Of a DNA stretch of 64,000 bases, positions 39,801 to 52,736 are shown piece by piece (positions within the stretch are counted from its first letter, which is position 1; each line of letters begins with the position of its first letter). Under the pieces are notes generated by a model that did no database searches, was not told where the DNA came from, and saw only the letters and a program-made list of their open reading frames with translations. The position numbers and the translations under genes were made by a program. Source of the stretch: Trichoplax adhaerens (lineage: Eukaryota; Animalia; Placozoa); assembly GCF_000150275.1 (NCBI RefSeq), contig NW_002060944.1, forward strand, positions 3,262,152-3,326,151, written 5' to 3'.

Positions 39801-42330
39801 TTGGACAAGATTCTCCTAGAAGAATAGAAAATGATTAACTATTCTAGATATCAGGAATGCTATATTTAATACATGTGCTAACCTCCACTACTTTTAAATC
39901 ATTCGATAGTAAATCCAGCTTTGTTTTTAAATCATTTAGTTGCTACAATACAAGAAAGGCAACAACAGATATTAATAACTACAAACTCAAATTTAGAACG
40001 ACTTGATTCGAATAAATGCAATGACAGATACCTCTTCCTTATTTTTCCTCGATTGTAATAGAAACTCCTTCAGCAATTGTAGGCGATTGCTTTTACTGTT
40101 CTAATTATTAACAGTACAAGAGCAATTACTAGAGGACTATCAGCAATATATTTACCACGGAACTAACATAGCAATGGCAAAGATTTCATCCATAACAAAC
40201 ATCCTATATAACTAAGACCATACATGCTTTCCATAGTGCACTTACCAATTCCAGTTGTTGTTTCTTTTCCGATAATGATTCCAGTAGGTAATTAATATCT
40301 ACGAACAATTACGAGTAAAAAATCAACAGATTTGTACGTCATAATGCCTTACGCATAGAATGATATTTTTGTAGTAATTGAAATACTTCTTTACCAGATA
40401 AAACCATATCATCGTTGGATTTACTTGAGAGGATGTCCGCAACATCTAAGCGATTACCCTTTAATATTTATACAATGACGTGTTAGATCAACAAATGCCA
40501 AGTTCAAAATATCAGATCTTAATTTTATTACTGAAAGTTAATTTTATTGATGTGTTATCATTAATTAAGTGTACATCGTAGTTTAACATTTGCAAGGCAA
40601 AACCTACATATCAATTCCTTTACGACAGGTTATCATTACTTTCTAGTAAAAGAGAATACGTTAAACACGAATAATATTGGCGGCTTTACTTACTGACGAT
40701 TCACACTTGTTGGCAACATCTAACCTTCTCTTATGTTTAATAATCAATTCATTTACTATGTACAAAAAAAACAAGTTTAACCACTTGCATCTAAAATACT
40801 AAAATTCTATAGAAAATCGTATAAGGATGTATCGGATAATATAAACTTAAGATTTTTACACAATACAAAAATTCATAATAAGGCATACACCCCGGTTAGA
40901 TATATGATATATCATTTAATATCCTCGTAAATTTAGTAGCATTTTATTGTTAAGCCCAATTTAATTTTATCAATTTGATCCTCCTACAGTATATTCATCA
41001 ACAGCCAACTTGATTGTTAATTAATTTTAATAGATAAATTCCATACTACTTACATGTTATATTTGGAAAAATAGGATCCACTTTATCAGTGATTTGAAAG
41101 TTGCATTTCGGACATTTACTATTTTCATCTAAACTTCTTCGAATACACTCGTAGCTAATTTAATGAAGTAGTATGGTGAATTATATGCAATAATTACAAC
41201 TATGTCAAGCATTAAAATCTTTCAAAAGTGAATTCCTGTTTTATCATTACGAAATAAGGTTCCTAGCTACCACTTTGAATAAAAGTATATTGCATAATAG
41301 TATGGCAACGAAATTACTAACTGTCAGTAAGAATGTCTTAAAGTCTTAAGCCTTGCAGTGAGCATACGCTGTCCGTAATTTGACAGAGCAGGTTAATAAT
41401 GAAGGTGAGTAGTACGTAGTAGTAATATTGCAAATAGTTTATAGGGTTACAATAAAAATTATACTTTAATGTCAATTCAAGATAAGAAATTACTGGCAAT
41501 ACCAAAAGCTATGGCCACATTTTGTCATGTAAGCTTCTTCGATGACACCAAAACATATAGGACTATTCATAGATAATAAGAAATAAGAAATTAGCGACTT
41601 AGAGGGAAAATTTAACACCGTCACTAATAAAATTAGTCGGGACTGTCTTTTACCGCAATCAACTGCACACAGGATATAGATAGAACAATAAAACGAAATA
41701 CCTTTAAAATGACTACGTTTACGAATAGTTCGTAAATTATAGTATCTGATCTGTACCTTATTTACCATTAGTGATACTATTCGATTTCAAACATGTTCAA
41801 GTGATGAACTAATCACAAACAATAGCTAAATTAGACATTATAGTATTATGTCAGGTTCTCAATATCGACAGTAAAATACATTCCAGTTAGAATCAGTTCA
41901 AAATGATATTGCTTTGACAGTAATCAATAACCCAAATTTACTAACGTGATGATTGCTATCATCTACGCGTTGACTAGTATAACCTTTCAAAATATAAATT
42001 TACGCTCTTAATATTCATCGTTTCCTGATGCATACGTTTATAAATAAACTAACGGTATATCATGATCGGTTTCTCGTCATCAAGAATACGGTAGTAATGT
42101 CATGAAATGTGTTTAGGGCGCATCATGAGTATTTTAACACATATCATGATATCATTTTAAATCAGGTCGTAAATTGACAATAGTTACCAGATATAGTCGT
42201 TATTCCGATCGTTATACGTATCCGAAATTCCATCATCAATTGGAGTTAAAGGACGTTTACGATTTAACCGGCGACTATTCCCATTACCGTTGTTACCATT
42301 GCTATTTCTTGCACCCAGTGAAGTTGCCAT
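36888..42330 (-). CDS. COP1: E3 ubiquitin ligase COP1 (RFWD2): RING, coiled coil, WD40; multi-exon
   Basis: DYIC|[20 protein letters not shown]|[13 protein letters not shown]; [17 protein letters not shown]; [29 protein letters not shown]|[21 protein letters not shown]; ASSDYEG; [11 protein letters not shown]; GHRKAVSY; NEKNFVGL; ANSQGTIK|VLELV*. Confidence 0.97.
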
Positions 42331-42880
42331 GTCCCGGTTAACTGGTTAGGAGCGGATAGAATGGCTCAGGCTGGCCGCTATTTGATTGCTTATTGAATAA
42401 TGCCAATAAAGTAAGTAACAGTATCCAACCTAGTGAGCAAAATAATACGTTTTACGTCGAATTCATTCTTAATAGTACAGTACATACGCATACAGTATAA
42501 TGAACAACATTATTTTATTTTCTAAGTAATATGTATCATTGTTTACAGGCCAGTGCACATGTTTGTAATGTGATGTAAAAATATACTTATAATGTAGTTC
42601 TATATCCAATCCCAAAATAATCAAAATAATGATAACAGGCAAAATATTATTTTATCGAAAGCGTAAGGAAAATTTAAAGCTCAAACTAAATCAGCCTACT
42701 CTTACGTTTATGTAATCGTATGTGGCTGCTTAACTAAGATACGAGTATGATGAATGACAAGTGCACCATTAACAATATCATTCGCCTCTTACACAGAGTT
42801 GCTCTGAACAGCAAGTGGAAACTATTGCATGATCGCGACAGCAATCGATGGATGAAACTAACACAAATTCAATGGTTCAG

Positions 42881-43481
42881 CAAGAAGGATACAATGTTAC
42901 CTACCAATACGACAGCGATGGAAGGATTCAATTCCGATCGATGACGTTCCAAAGGACAAGTTCAAAAAATGTAAGGCAGTGCTGCGGGTGGTAATTCACA
43001 ATTTAATTTGTGCAATTTTTATCTAGTAAATTTTACCCAAATTGGACAATATCTTTATTTAACCTTGTCGTCGATCAATCCTCAACAGCTAATTAATTAA
43101 TGTGTGTTGTTTTTATTTTGTATTTGGCACTGTCACCATCACATACTATGACGAAATGAAGCAATTGCATCCATATTGGCGGACAAGTGGAATATATTCA
43201 AGATTATATTATCCAATTTTCGAATCGACGTTAACTTTTAAATTGGATGAATGTAATTCTTAGATAACGATGACTGGAAGCAATCGATCATCTGGTATAG
43301 AGAAGAAATGAGGGAGCCCAAAACGAGCAATTATCAACCAGAGATGGATGATACCATGGATAATTTGCCGGTAATCTCGCAGATCTATCCTGGTGATCGC
43401 TGGATGAAGATCCTTTCTGGAAAGTTGGAACACTTGAACAGTTGCAATTACGGTAGCCAGTGCTTGCTGCAAAACAAGTAA
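42881..43481 (+). CDS. Possible small unidentified gene divergent from COP1 (two phase-compatible exons; start not located)
   Basis: Branch ACTAAC (42857) and CAG acceptor (42880); exon ARRIQCYLPIRQRWKDSIPIDDVPKDKFKK; donor GTAAGG (42971); acceptor 43263; exon YNDDWKQSIIWYREEMREPK...CLLQNK* followed directly by AATAAA. Confidence 0.4.
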
Positions 43482-45513
43482 ATAAAGACACTTACTTAAA
43501 TGACGCTACTGCGCAGTGTCATGAGTATGCTCAATAGTGGTATGGTTGTTACAGTCGGGCGCCAAGTACTGTACACTGTAGAGTATTCGTTTTTGACGTG
43601 TGATGGCTGACGCTAATGCTCGGGTGACACAGTAGTGAGTGTAGCGCTGTCTGAGTGACGATGACACTTTTGCCCCTAGAGATGCACAATACAGTCATAC
43701 GGTACTAGGCTTTATTATCGACGACTGGCTTTCTTCTGGTACTCTACGACTTTATCTTACAATACGGGTCTTCACGTGGTGTATCAAGCATTCTCGTCAC
43801 AATGGTTCACTCTAAATACCAACGTCAGATTCGTCAGAGTCACCCCACAGAAAACGATACAACTGCACATCATCATCACCCACCATCAAGCCCAGCGTTG
43901 TTCACAATTCAATGTTGAATGTTATGTTAAAATGGCCTAATCAAAATGTACAGAATTGCTAAATCCACCTAATGTATATTTATAATATACTGACATACTG
44001 TACATTATTGTGTGTTATAACATGGACCTCGGCAGGTTTATGATTGCACTGTGAAGAAAAAGAGGAAACATTTCCATTCACTTTAGCTGCACAACCTTAT
44101 GAATTGAGCGAGAGGCGAGCTTAGCCAAGATATACCCTTGTATGCTGTACAATTAATTAATTATTTAAAAGGTTTCCATCCTTTTAAGCTAACAGTAAAA
44201 TACAGTCGCTATGATAACATGTTCTCAGAGTCTACAGTATGGTATCTACACTTACGAGCTAGTTGTACGGAATTGCAATATTCATGAATTAATTATACAG
44301 TAGTAAGATTGCTTAAGATAACATCAATGGCGATGAATGAAACTGTAACGAAATACTACGTTGCCAATTGAGAAGAAAGCTATAAGTATAAACCAGCGGT
44401 AGGACTCAGTGTCAAAAATAATGCGAAACTCCTAATTTTGCAACATGGTGCAGAGTGACTTTCCGAAATGTTCATCAATCTTTCAAATTGAAATATTCTC
44501 AGCTCGAGTTGATACCTACTGCACTGCAGCTACTCAACGTTAATTCCACTTCTGCATGAAAAGTTCCCTATGCTATACCATCTACTATACCCTAAGCTAC
44601 AAAGTAAACATTTAATGCTGTAATAATGGGCTTTGACTACCATGTCTATCCTTGTCTAATATCGAAACGTAGCATTACAACCACATGGCAAGCACAATGA
44701 TATAAAGCTTTTTAAAACTTTTGAATCTACTCCTTTACTCCATCTACTATACTACGCGTTTTGAGCTTTCAATTTCAGTCGTACAATACCAACGTAAAAT
44801 AGATCATGTAGAAATACCTATCTTACCAGTTATACATGTAACACTATAACACTGAACATTCCATACCTCAGAAATCATTAAGTTAATCAACTTATTTTTA
44901 GCCTATCGGTAACAATGATACGATATTCTTACATCTCAACAAACTGTAATACGTGCTGTATATTCAATGATAACTCAGCGAATTCAAACCCTAGAATATT
45001 CCATTTTATTTCCTTGCCATACGTGGGCATATCCTACTCGGTGATATACACGTAAATACTGTACAATCTCCTTAAAATGCAATCGATCAATGTAACACAA
45101 GGAAATATATATTCAAATAATAATATAATAATAAATTAAAAATTTAGGGCACGCTGAATCGACTACCAGAAAGTAGCGTTTATGTTTATCACTTCATAAC
45201 ACCCAAATTGCGTTCTTTAATATAGAAATTTCTGTACTTCTATTTTTCACGATATGAAATTACATTTGTCCAAGACATGAAACTCGAATCAAATTACGAT
45301 TATTAACTTACTCTGTACGGCGTAGATTACTTAGACAAATGTCTTGGTACATCAGCAATTAATAATGCAACTTGGTAGTTGTAAACTTATCATAATAGTG
45401 CTTATATCAGCCTGTAATAATTTTTGCTAAATTAATAAAAACCGCCACCTCAAAGCTATCAGCATCCTTTATTAATCACGTAATGCTACAGTATCCTCGT
45501 TCCTTTAGCGAAC

Positions 45514-45951
45514 TCATTTACTTGTTTGAAAGAAACCAATCATAAAATCTTGTTCCGATGTTTCACTTGCGTTGTATTGAAAGAAATTACATGTATAGTC
45601 CCATAAAATTGCAAAATAGTTAATAATTGTCCAGAAAAAGCTACGAATTAGTGCAGTATAGAACCAACTGAGAACAGAGAGGAAAATTTGACGAAAAAAT
45701 GGAACTACAGCAATGACAACAGTTGAAATAACTGTAATAAATATCTTTTGCATTAATCGATTTCTTTGGGCTATGGCTTCCTTTATTTTTACCAGGTGTT
45801 CAATTCTTTCAAACTTTTCCGTGCACTCTCGTAGCTGCTCCTTGATATCATCAAATTTTGTATTCAACCGGCACATATCATCAATAAATTTGTCACTTGA
45901 GGTCAGTTCTTCCAATATTTCGGTTTCTGCTTCGTTTAATTCGCCTTCCAT
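45514..45951 (-). CDS. Hypothetical 145-aa coiled-coil + transmembrane protein (paralog B), intronless CDS
   Basis: N-terminus homologous to ORF 34650-35060; hydrophobic IFITVISTVVIAVVPFF plus an aromatic amphipathic tail. Confidence 0.8.
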   Translation of the reverse strand: MEGELNEAETEILEELTSSDKFIDDMCRLNTKFDDIKEQLRECTEKFERIEHLVKIKEAIAQRNRLMQKIFITVISTVVIAVVPFFRQIFLSVLSWFYTALIRSFFWTIINYFAILWDYTCNFFQYNASETSEQDFMIGFFQTSK

Positions 45952-48900
45952 GATAAATTTTTAAGCTTTCTTATCTCTACCTTTGGATTATAAAAATTAT
46001 GAAGAGACTTAGCTTTTAAATTATAAAATGGCATAAAAATTCCCAATCCAAAAATCCTAGTTATTAATTAAGTAAGCTATTATTCAATCATTCCTTAAAG
46101 GGTTAAGGCGAAAATATTATCCTATATATAGAAAATAATTAAACATTTTAATGATCGCCTACAAGATCAAAAGTTTGCGCTCATTTGTGCCATGACCGTA
46201 CGAATATTTGAAACAGGGATTATATTGCTTATACCTACAGTAAGCAATCAATTATTTCCTATCAAGTTTATTCATATATACATATAGTAACTATTATAAA
46301 AATGTATTATAAGCGTAAATACGGTACATTTAAGTCTGCTCTGCACGATACGAAAACACACTAAAACATTAACACTGTGCGAAAGCCATGTACAAGTGCT
46401 AGTGATCAGCACGATATTACTCTCTACACTAGTACAATACTACGTCCAATATAAACGGAATAATGTGAGATATTTATCCATCCTGTGGAGATATACATGT
46501 CATAACTGTAAGTAAGTTTAGTTCAATATAGTAGTATGGTAAACTTCAGTCTAAACATTATCAAAAACTACTAGTAAATGTTAATAGTTTTCGAATTTCT
46601 AGGATCTTTAAATTTCTTCTAATGCGATTGATTAGTTATTGAATTAGTATCATTTAAGTACAACCAAATAGCGCTGAAATTGATGAGATTTTAGTTAAAA
46701 AATTCACGTTACTGTCAAGTTATAAACAAATGCTATTTAATTAATCTCAGAAGATTACTGTAAACGGTTACTACGTATTTCATGTACATGTTATGGCCTA
46801 ATTCCCGAAGCATCGTCAATCCTAGAATTGACTCAACTCTACCATTTTTTTAATAAAAATAAACCTAAACAAGCTTTACCATATATAGTATAAATATAAA
46901 GTTTACTAAATCTACCTACTGATCTTTAGCAATATTACGTTAATATAGATATCAAAAAATTAGTAACCCTATTAACTTTGCAATATTGTATCATCCTAGA
47001 AATTGAATGTATTCAGCAGGAACAAAAGTCAACAAAATAAAATTATACTTCAGATACCGATGCTGTACAATGCTTACGAAAGAATGCATTATTATATTTT
47101 TAATACTAAAATTCCTCAAAATTTGTAGCCAAGCTACATTTGAGAAGAACAATCCAGAAAGGGTTATACCATTCATGCTTGGAACTGAACATTATGCTAT
47201 TTTCAAAATACTAGAGTGGAAGATAACATTATTGATTAAAGCTCTTATTAAAGATCTTTAGGATCCTATTTTTGCAGGCTCTATGGCTATGTAAAATAGT
47301 ATTGACCATGGCCCTTATATATGGTACTATTCTAATTTTTTGATTAAAGTTATTTAAGTTATTATTGTCATTCTTATGATCTCATGCCAAAAGATAAAAC
47401 CTTAAAATATTACGGCATGCGGTTGTTGCGTAAGATACTAGTATAACATGCAGTGCTTGCTATGTAATGATCAATAAATGGCAATTCAATTGATATATTG
47501 GCTACTATCCCCACAGGCAATATTATCTCGATTTAGTGTAAGAGGAAGTGTAAAATTCATAACTTGAGACGCCGTACGTCATTATACTTACCGTATATCG
47601 CCAAGAACAAGTGCAAAGTACCTTGTTTAGCGGTAAAGGTATAAAGTATACATAATAATGAGTTGAGGGTATACTTCTATTAACAAAAGCCTATATTACG
47701 AAGCATGATTGAATGGACACAGCATGAAATTTTTCTTTATCATAAGAGTGTTAGAAGTGAAATTCAGTTGACATCAGACAAATTATGCCACTACGATGAC
47801 TTAATCTACGGAATCACAAGCAAATTTTCATTTAAGAAGAAATTTAAAATCATAATAATCTCATTATGTATAATTGCATCAAAGAAACAACATGAAATTC
47901 ACAGCTGTTAAGTCAAATAGTTGTTGGTAGTAAGTAATGCAGCAAAAGAAGACTTAAAGCTGTTATTAGCAATGATAATAAATTTATATTTTCATGTTGT
48001 TTGATAATAACGCGAAATTATCGCAACGATAGACAAATACGATTTGAAACAGCTTACCAACTTAGTTGTTTCAACACCTCACCAGATGAAGGCCGAGAAA
48101 AAGGTATTTGAAATGAAAACAGTTGAGGATGTCTTCGTTTCACTATTCTGACTGTTATAATAAAGCTAACTTTAACAGCTGAAAAGTTTAGTCCTATAAG
48201 TGTTACAGTTTTAGATGTAATATAGCATCGCTGGTCGGAAATCACAACAAAAATTTTGTGTCTTGCATTCAGTAAAATGCCAAATTTATAGTAATTGTGT
48301 CTTAGACACGAACCATCGATACAATCATGATGCATTTAAAACTATGAAATAGAAAAGTAATTTAGAATATACGATAAAGATTGAATTGGTTGGCTCTTTA
48401 AGATAATAAACTATGATAACTTTAGTATAGGAGCTACAGCAGGTGCTAATAAGACTATAAATTATATGACAATCTAATCAACAGAATTTACTAGTCCTCA
48501 TTAATTATAAAGGTTAAAACAATAAATATAGCCTTTTTACCGATGGAATAACAATAAACTTCTAAAAAACTATTATAAGCTAGTCTGTCGACTTTTAGTT
48601 AGTCCTATTGATTGATGACGTTAATCCATTACTGGTTAAAGACATTCTGCTAACAACGGTGTTTGAATAAATAATTCTTTATGACGTTATTGTTCTAAAA
48701 TATCAAAGAGTTTTCTGGAAATTAAGGATGTAGCTTAGAAAAGAAAACGATATTTCACAATGACGTTTGAAATACGAAAAAATGACTATTTAGTGAAATA
48801 TAGAGCGATGACGATTTTTTTGCGGATCTGTCGTAGAAAAATTCGACTTACTACTGATATTGTTTGATCTAATTGATTTTATTCACTTTTTCACTCGTTA

Positions 48901-50685
48901 TTTTCTTTAATGATGGAATAGAGAGGTATCTTGCACTACATTTTTTCTTTCTTTTATCGGTAATTTTGACTTACATACTTAATTAAAAGAACACTTAAAC
49001 TAGATTTCGCAATTTTTTTAAGACCGAAGATTCGTCATTGGACGAAAGATCACAATAATATATAAGTGAGGATATTCAAGAAAAACTAAGAGATGTTAAA
49101 GTTAAGTTTTATTAGCCGAGGAGAAATAGAATTCTAAACATAAGTCAAAAGCAGTCTACTCTTATCATATCAATGGGAATAATTTTATGACAAAATTCCT
49201 TTAAAGTTTTGTTTTTAATTGTCTCATAACTGAAAATATCCGATAACTTCAGTATGATATAAAATGTAGGTTATAATTATTATGTTGATTGCCTTTCGAA
49301 AGTTGATAAAACATGAAGCACCTCCCAGTCAACATATCTTTTCTTTAATATAAATTTCTATGGCTCTTATCATGCTCATGCTGTCTATATTACAAAGGCA
49401 CACAGTTTTATTTAGAAGCTTAAGATACAAATATTTTCGGGAAAACCGAATATGATTTTTAGCCATAGCAGCTACTAGTACCTATTAAAATCTGTGATCG
49501 TTACTGGATTGAATGATATGAATTATTTACCGAAGAAGCTTAGATATGTTATATAACTATTTTTCCGTTAATAATAGCGAGAATAATGAAAGTTATGGTA
49601 TATTGGGTTATAATATTGCAGTATATATGGTATTTACAGTGGGTTTTACCGAAATCATTTGCACTTTAGTCTATTCAGCCATTTTATGCCCGAAAAAAAC
49701 AATCGTCTTATGAACTTTTTATCATACTGTGCCTTCATCAATGCTATCATACGTACACTATAATACCTTCAAGTATAGTAAATTTACTGGCCCATAATGC
49801 TCTAGAACAAACTTTGTAATTTCACTAAGTATGCGAATTGTCTACATTACTTCTATGTAGTATTAAATATTTTGTTAGTACAGATCATTTTGTCTTCACA
49901 GAACATAACACATACAGTAGTATAATGTTTACTGTTATTACTTAACGCTATCTTCTACTTCTACATTACTAATACACTATTATTATTAGGCTCTTATGCA
50001 CCTATATGATTTAGGAATAAGAGGAATATAGTAAAGGTAATTTTGTGAATGATAATTACAATGATATCATTTTAATTAATTAAAACTATCGCAGGTATAG
50101 TGAGTAGAAACGGAACTTGCTCATTTGGAACAAATAGCTTTACCGTATTATTAGGCCGACTATTAGGTATATATGTACGCATAATATAATCGTATATAGG
50201 CGTATATTAATTATAATTATATAATCAAAGATATTGTAACATCAGATATTACATAGTCAGAGCTAGAACATACTGTACACAACATTTTAGGGGAAAAGTT
50301 TGTGGACTTATACTCGTTGAAGTGAAAAATATAAATGTGAAATATTGTAGGCTTTATAATTACGATTCACTCAACTTTAGGACGAACTGGCCTCGCATTG
50401 AAGTAAAAAAGAATTAACAATCGTCGGTAGATATCGAAATGTGGTATGAGCTATTGGAGAAAAGTCTATCACTCACTAAACGCGCTTTAAAAACTAATAC
50501 CGAATTGAAAGAGTGACTAATCAATATCATTCATTGATTGCCACCGTCGTATATTAAATTTGTCAATTTCGTTGGTAATTAATTTATTTACCATCAATTT
50601 TTCTTAGTGTACTCTGAAATCTTCGCCTTTTAGTTAAGTTATAGGTCTAATATACTGACATACTGAGTTATATGGACTTTGTACA

Positions 50686-51600
50686 CTGTACAGTCAAGGA
50701 CATACTGCATCATCTTATGCATTTTAAAGACCCGCAATCCACTCAGTTTTGGGAGTTTGACACTCCTGCTCTGAAATGAAATGTAAATGTCGCTTATTAT
50801 TCGCATTACGACTGTATGATCAAGGATTAATCATCGCACACCTTTGAGAGCCGTAATTCACTCGGCCGTTGGGGTTTAACTATTCTTCCTTTGAAATGAA
50901 AATGCCAATCTCGCCTATTATTCGTAATACTACTGTATATTGTAGTCAAGGATATATCATCTCATGTCTTTGAGAACCCTAATTCATCCAGTTTTAGTGA
51001 TTCAATTATTTCTAGTTTGAAAATGCAAATGCAAATATTACTTACTGTATTGTTCGTATTACGACTGTACAGTACAATCAAGGACATATCATCTTATGCC
51101 TTAGAAGAGGTGTAATTTACTCAGTTGTGAACCCCAACTATTCCTGTTTCGAAATAAAAATGCAAATATCACCTGCTATTTGCAGTACGACTGCATACCG
51201 GTACTGTATTCAAGGATAGAACGTCTCTTGCCTTTGAGAGGCGTAATTCACCCAATTTTAGGGGTTCAACTATTCCCAATTTGTAATGAAAATGCGAATG
51301 CCACGCGTTATTCGGATTGCAACTGTATCGTCAACGATATATCATTTGGTGCCTTTGAGAGAGGCAATTTACTCAGTTTTGGGATTCAATTATTCCTACT
51401 TTAAAATCAAAATGCAAATGTCGCTCGTAATAATTTAATTATTCGTATGACGACTGTACTTGGACGTAGCCATAGGCAAAGATACGCGTATGCCACCTCA
51501 CGCCTTTGAGAGGTGTAATTCACCCACTTTGGACTTCAGCCGTGGCTATTTAAAACACCATTGTCCATGTCACCTATTGATCGTATGACGATAATATTAC
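50686..51600. repeat. Degenerate tandem array, ~7 units of 121-151 bp
   Basis: Core cctttgagag..gtaattcac (degenerate in some units) starts at 50720, 50841, 50967, 51099, 51231, 51352 and 51503. Units also share acgactgta, tcaagga, aactattcc and gaaatgaaaatgcaaat variants. Confidence 0.92.
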
Positions 51601-52736
51601 GTTGAAGCGAAAAGCGATCGTCTCTTACCTAGAAAATTCACCCACTATTCCAAGAACGATACGCAGGATGGCCTTCAAGCACACAGATAAATCTTTCACT
51701 GACAAAAAAAAGTCATTTCACTGAAAGCTTTCTTTAATAAATTAGTCAACTTTTCTGATAGTTAATTCTGGAACTCTTAAATAAATACGTTTTAAAAATT
51801 TCCTTGTAGAATAAATTAGCCAACTTTTTTGAGATAGCTTTATGTTCAATGTGCTTTGAAAATCTTTATCTTTTAGCAGGTAATGTCTTCAAAATGATAG
51901 CTACAGTTTTATAGTTCTCTAACCACTTTGGATATAAGTGTTAAACTATTTAGTTTCTATGAGATGTTCCAACATTGAGTATTTCCAGCGATCAACACAA
52001 TAAATATATGATAAAGAGAATTGAGAGTCAAATCTTTAAATTAATTAAACTCTTGGAGAAGATGTTTTAGAAAGTGTCATTGGTATTGTAAGTTATGCTT
52101 TTCATTGATTTTTTTTAGTAATAGAATTGAATAAACTTACTCAAGTCAAGTTATCTTTTGCAGCAACTTGTTGGATAGAGAAACTCCTGTAGGCGTATAA
52201 CTTACCGTACGAAAAAACTTTAGAAAAGTATGTCATTTAGCTAGTTTCTGAGCATTAGTCAAATTACGAAAGAATTACATATATTGCTGTTATTACTTTT
52301 TCAAAATGGCACCTATTAGAAGATAGTAGAATAGCATTTAAATAGATAGAAAGTACGGATAAATTATAACAGCAAATATTCAATGAATGAAAATATTTGT
52401 ATTAGATGAACCCCATATACTTACTTGTAGCATGATGATGGATGTACTTGTAGATTGCATCCGTGAGCATTTAACTTAAGTTAAAATAGAGAAGGTTAAA
52501 TCAGCTACTAAAGCGTCTATTTATGACCATAGGAAAGTTTTTAAGTACATCACTGTGTTACGATATATAAGGATTTATGGCGAAAATTTCGAACCTCATC
52601 AACTAGAGCGACCTTAGCGAATTGGAAAGACCATAGCAAAAATAAAAGAGGTATTACATTTAATTAACGTCCGATTTATCTTGTATAATTAAAGTTGTAA
52701 AGAAATTTCTTTTTAACTTTTGACCATAAGCAAAGA

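Noticed and set aside
43260-43491. Two minus-strand ORFs (67 and 70 aa)
   Set aside because: No recognisable motif; the plus-strand frame has better splice and polyadenylation support.
45713-45964. 83-aa plus-strand ORF
   Set aside because: Antisense shadow of the 145-aa paralog B ORF.
51180-51404. 74-aa ORF in the tandem array
   Set aside because: Non-ATG start, and equivalent frames in neighbouring units contain stops; likely chance.
50686-51600. CRISPR-like array
   Set aside because: Whole units are homologous, with no invariant repeat plus unique spacers; eukaryotic context and no cas genes.
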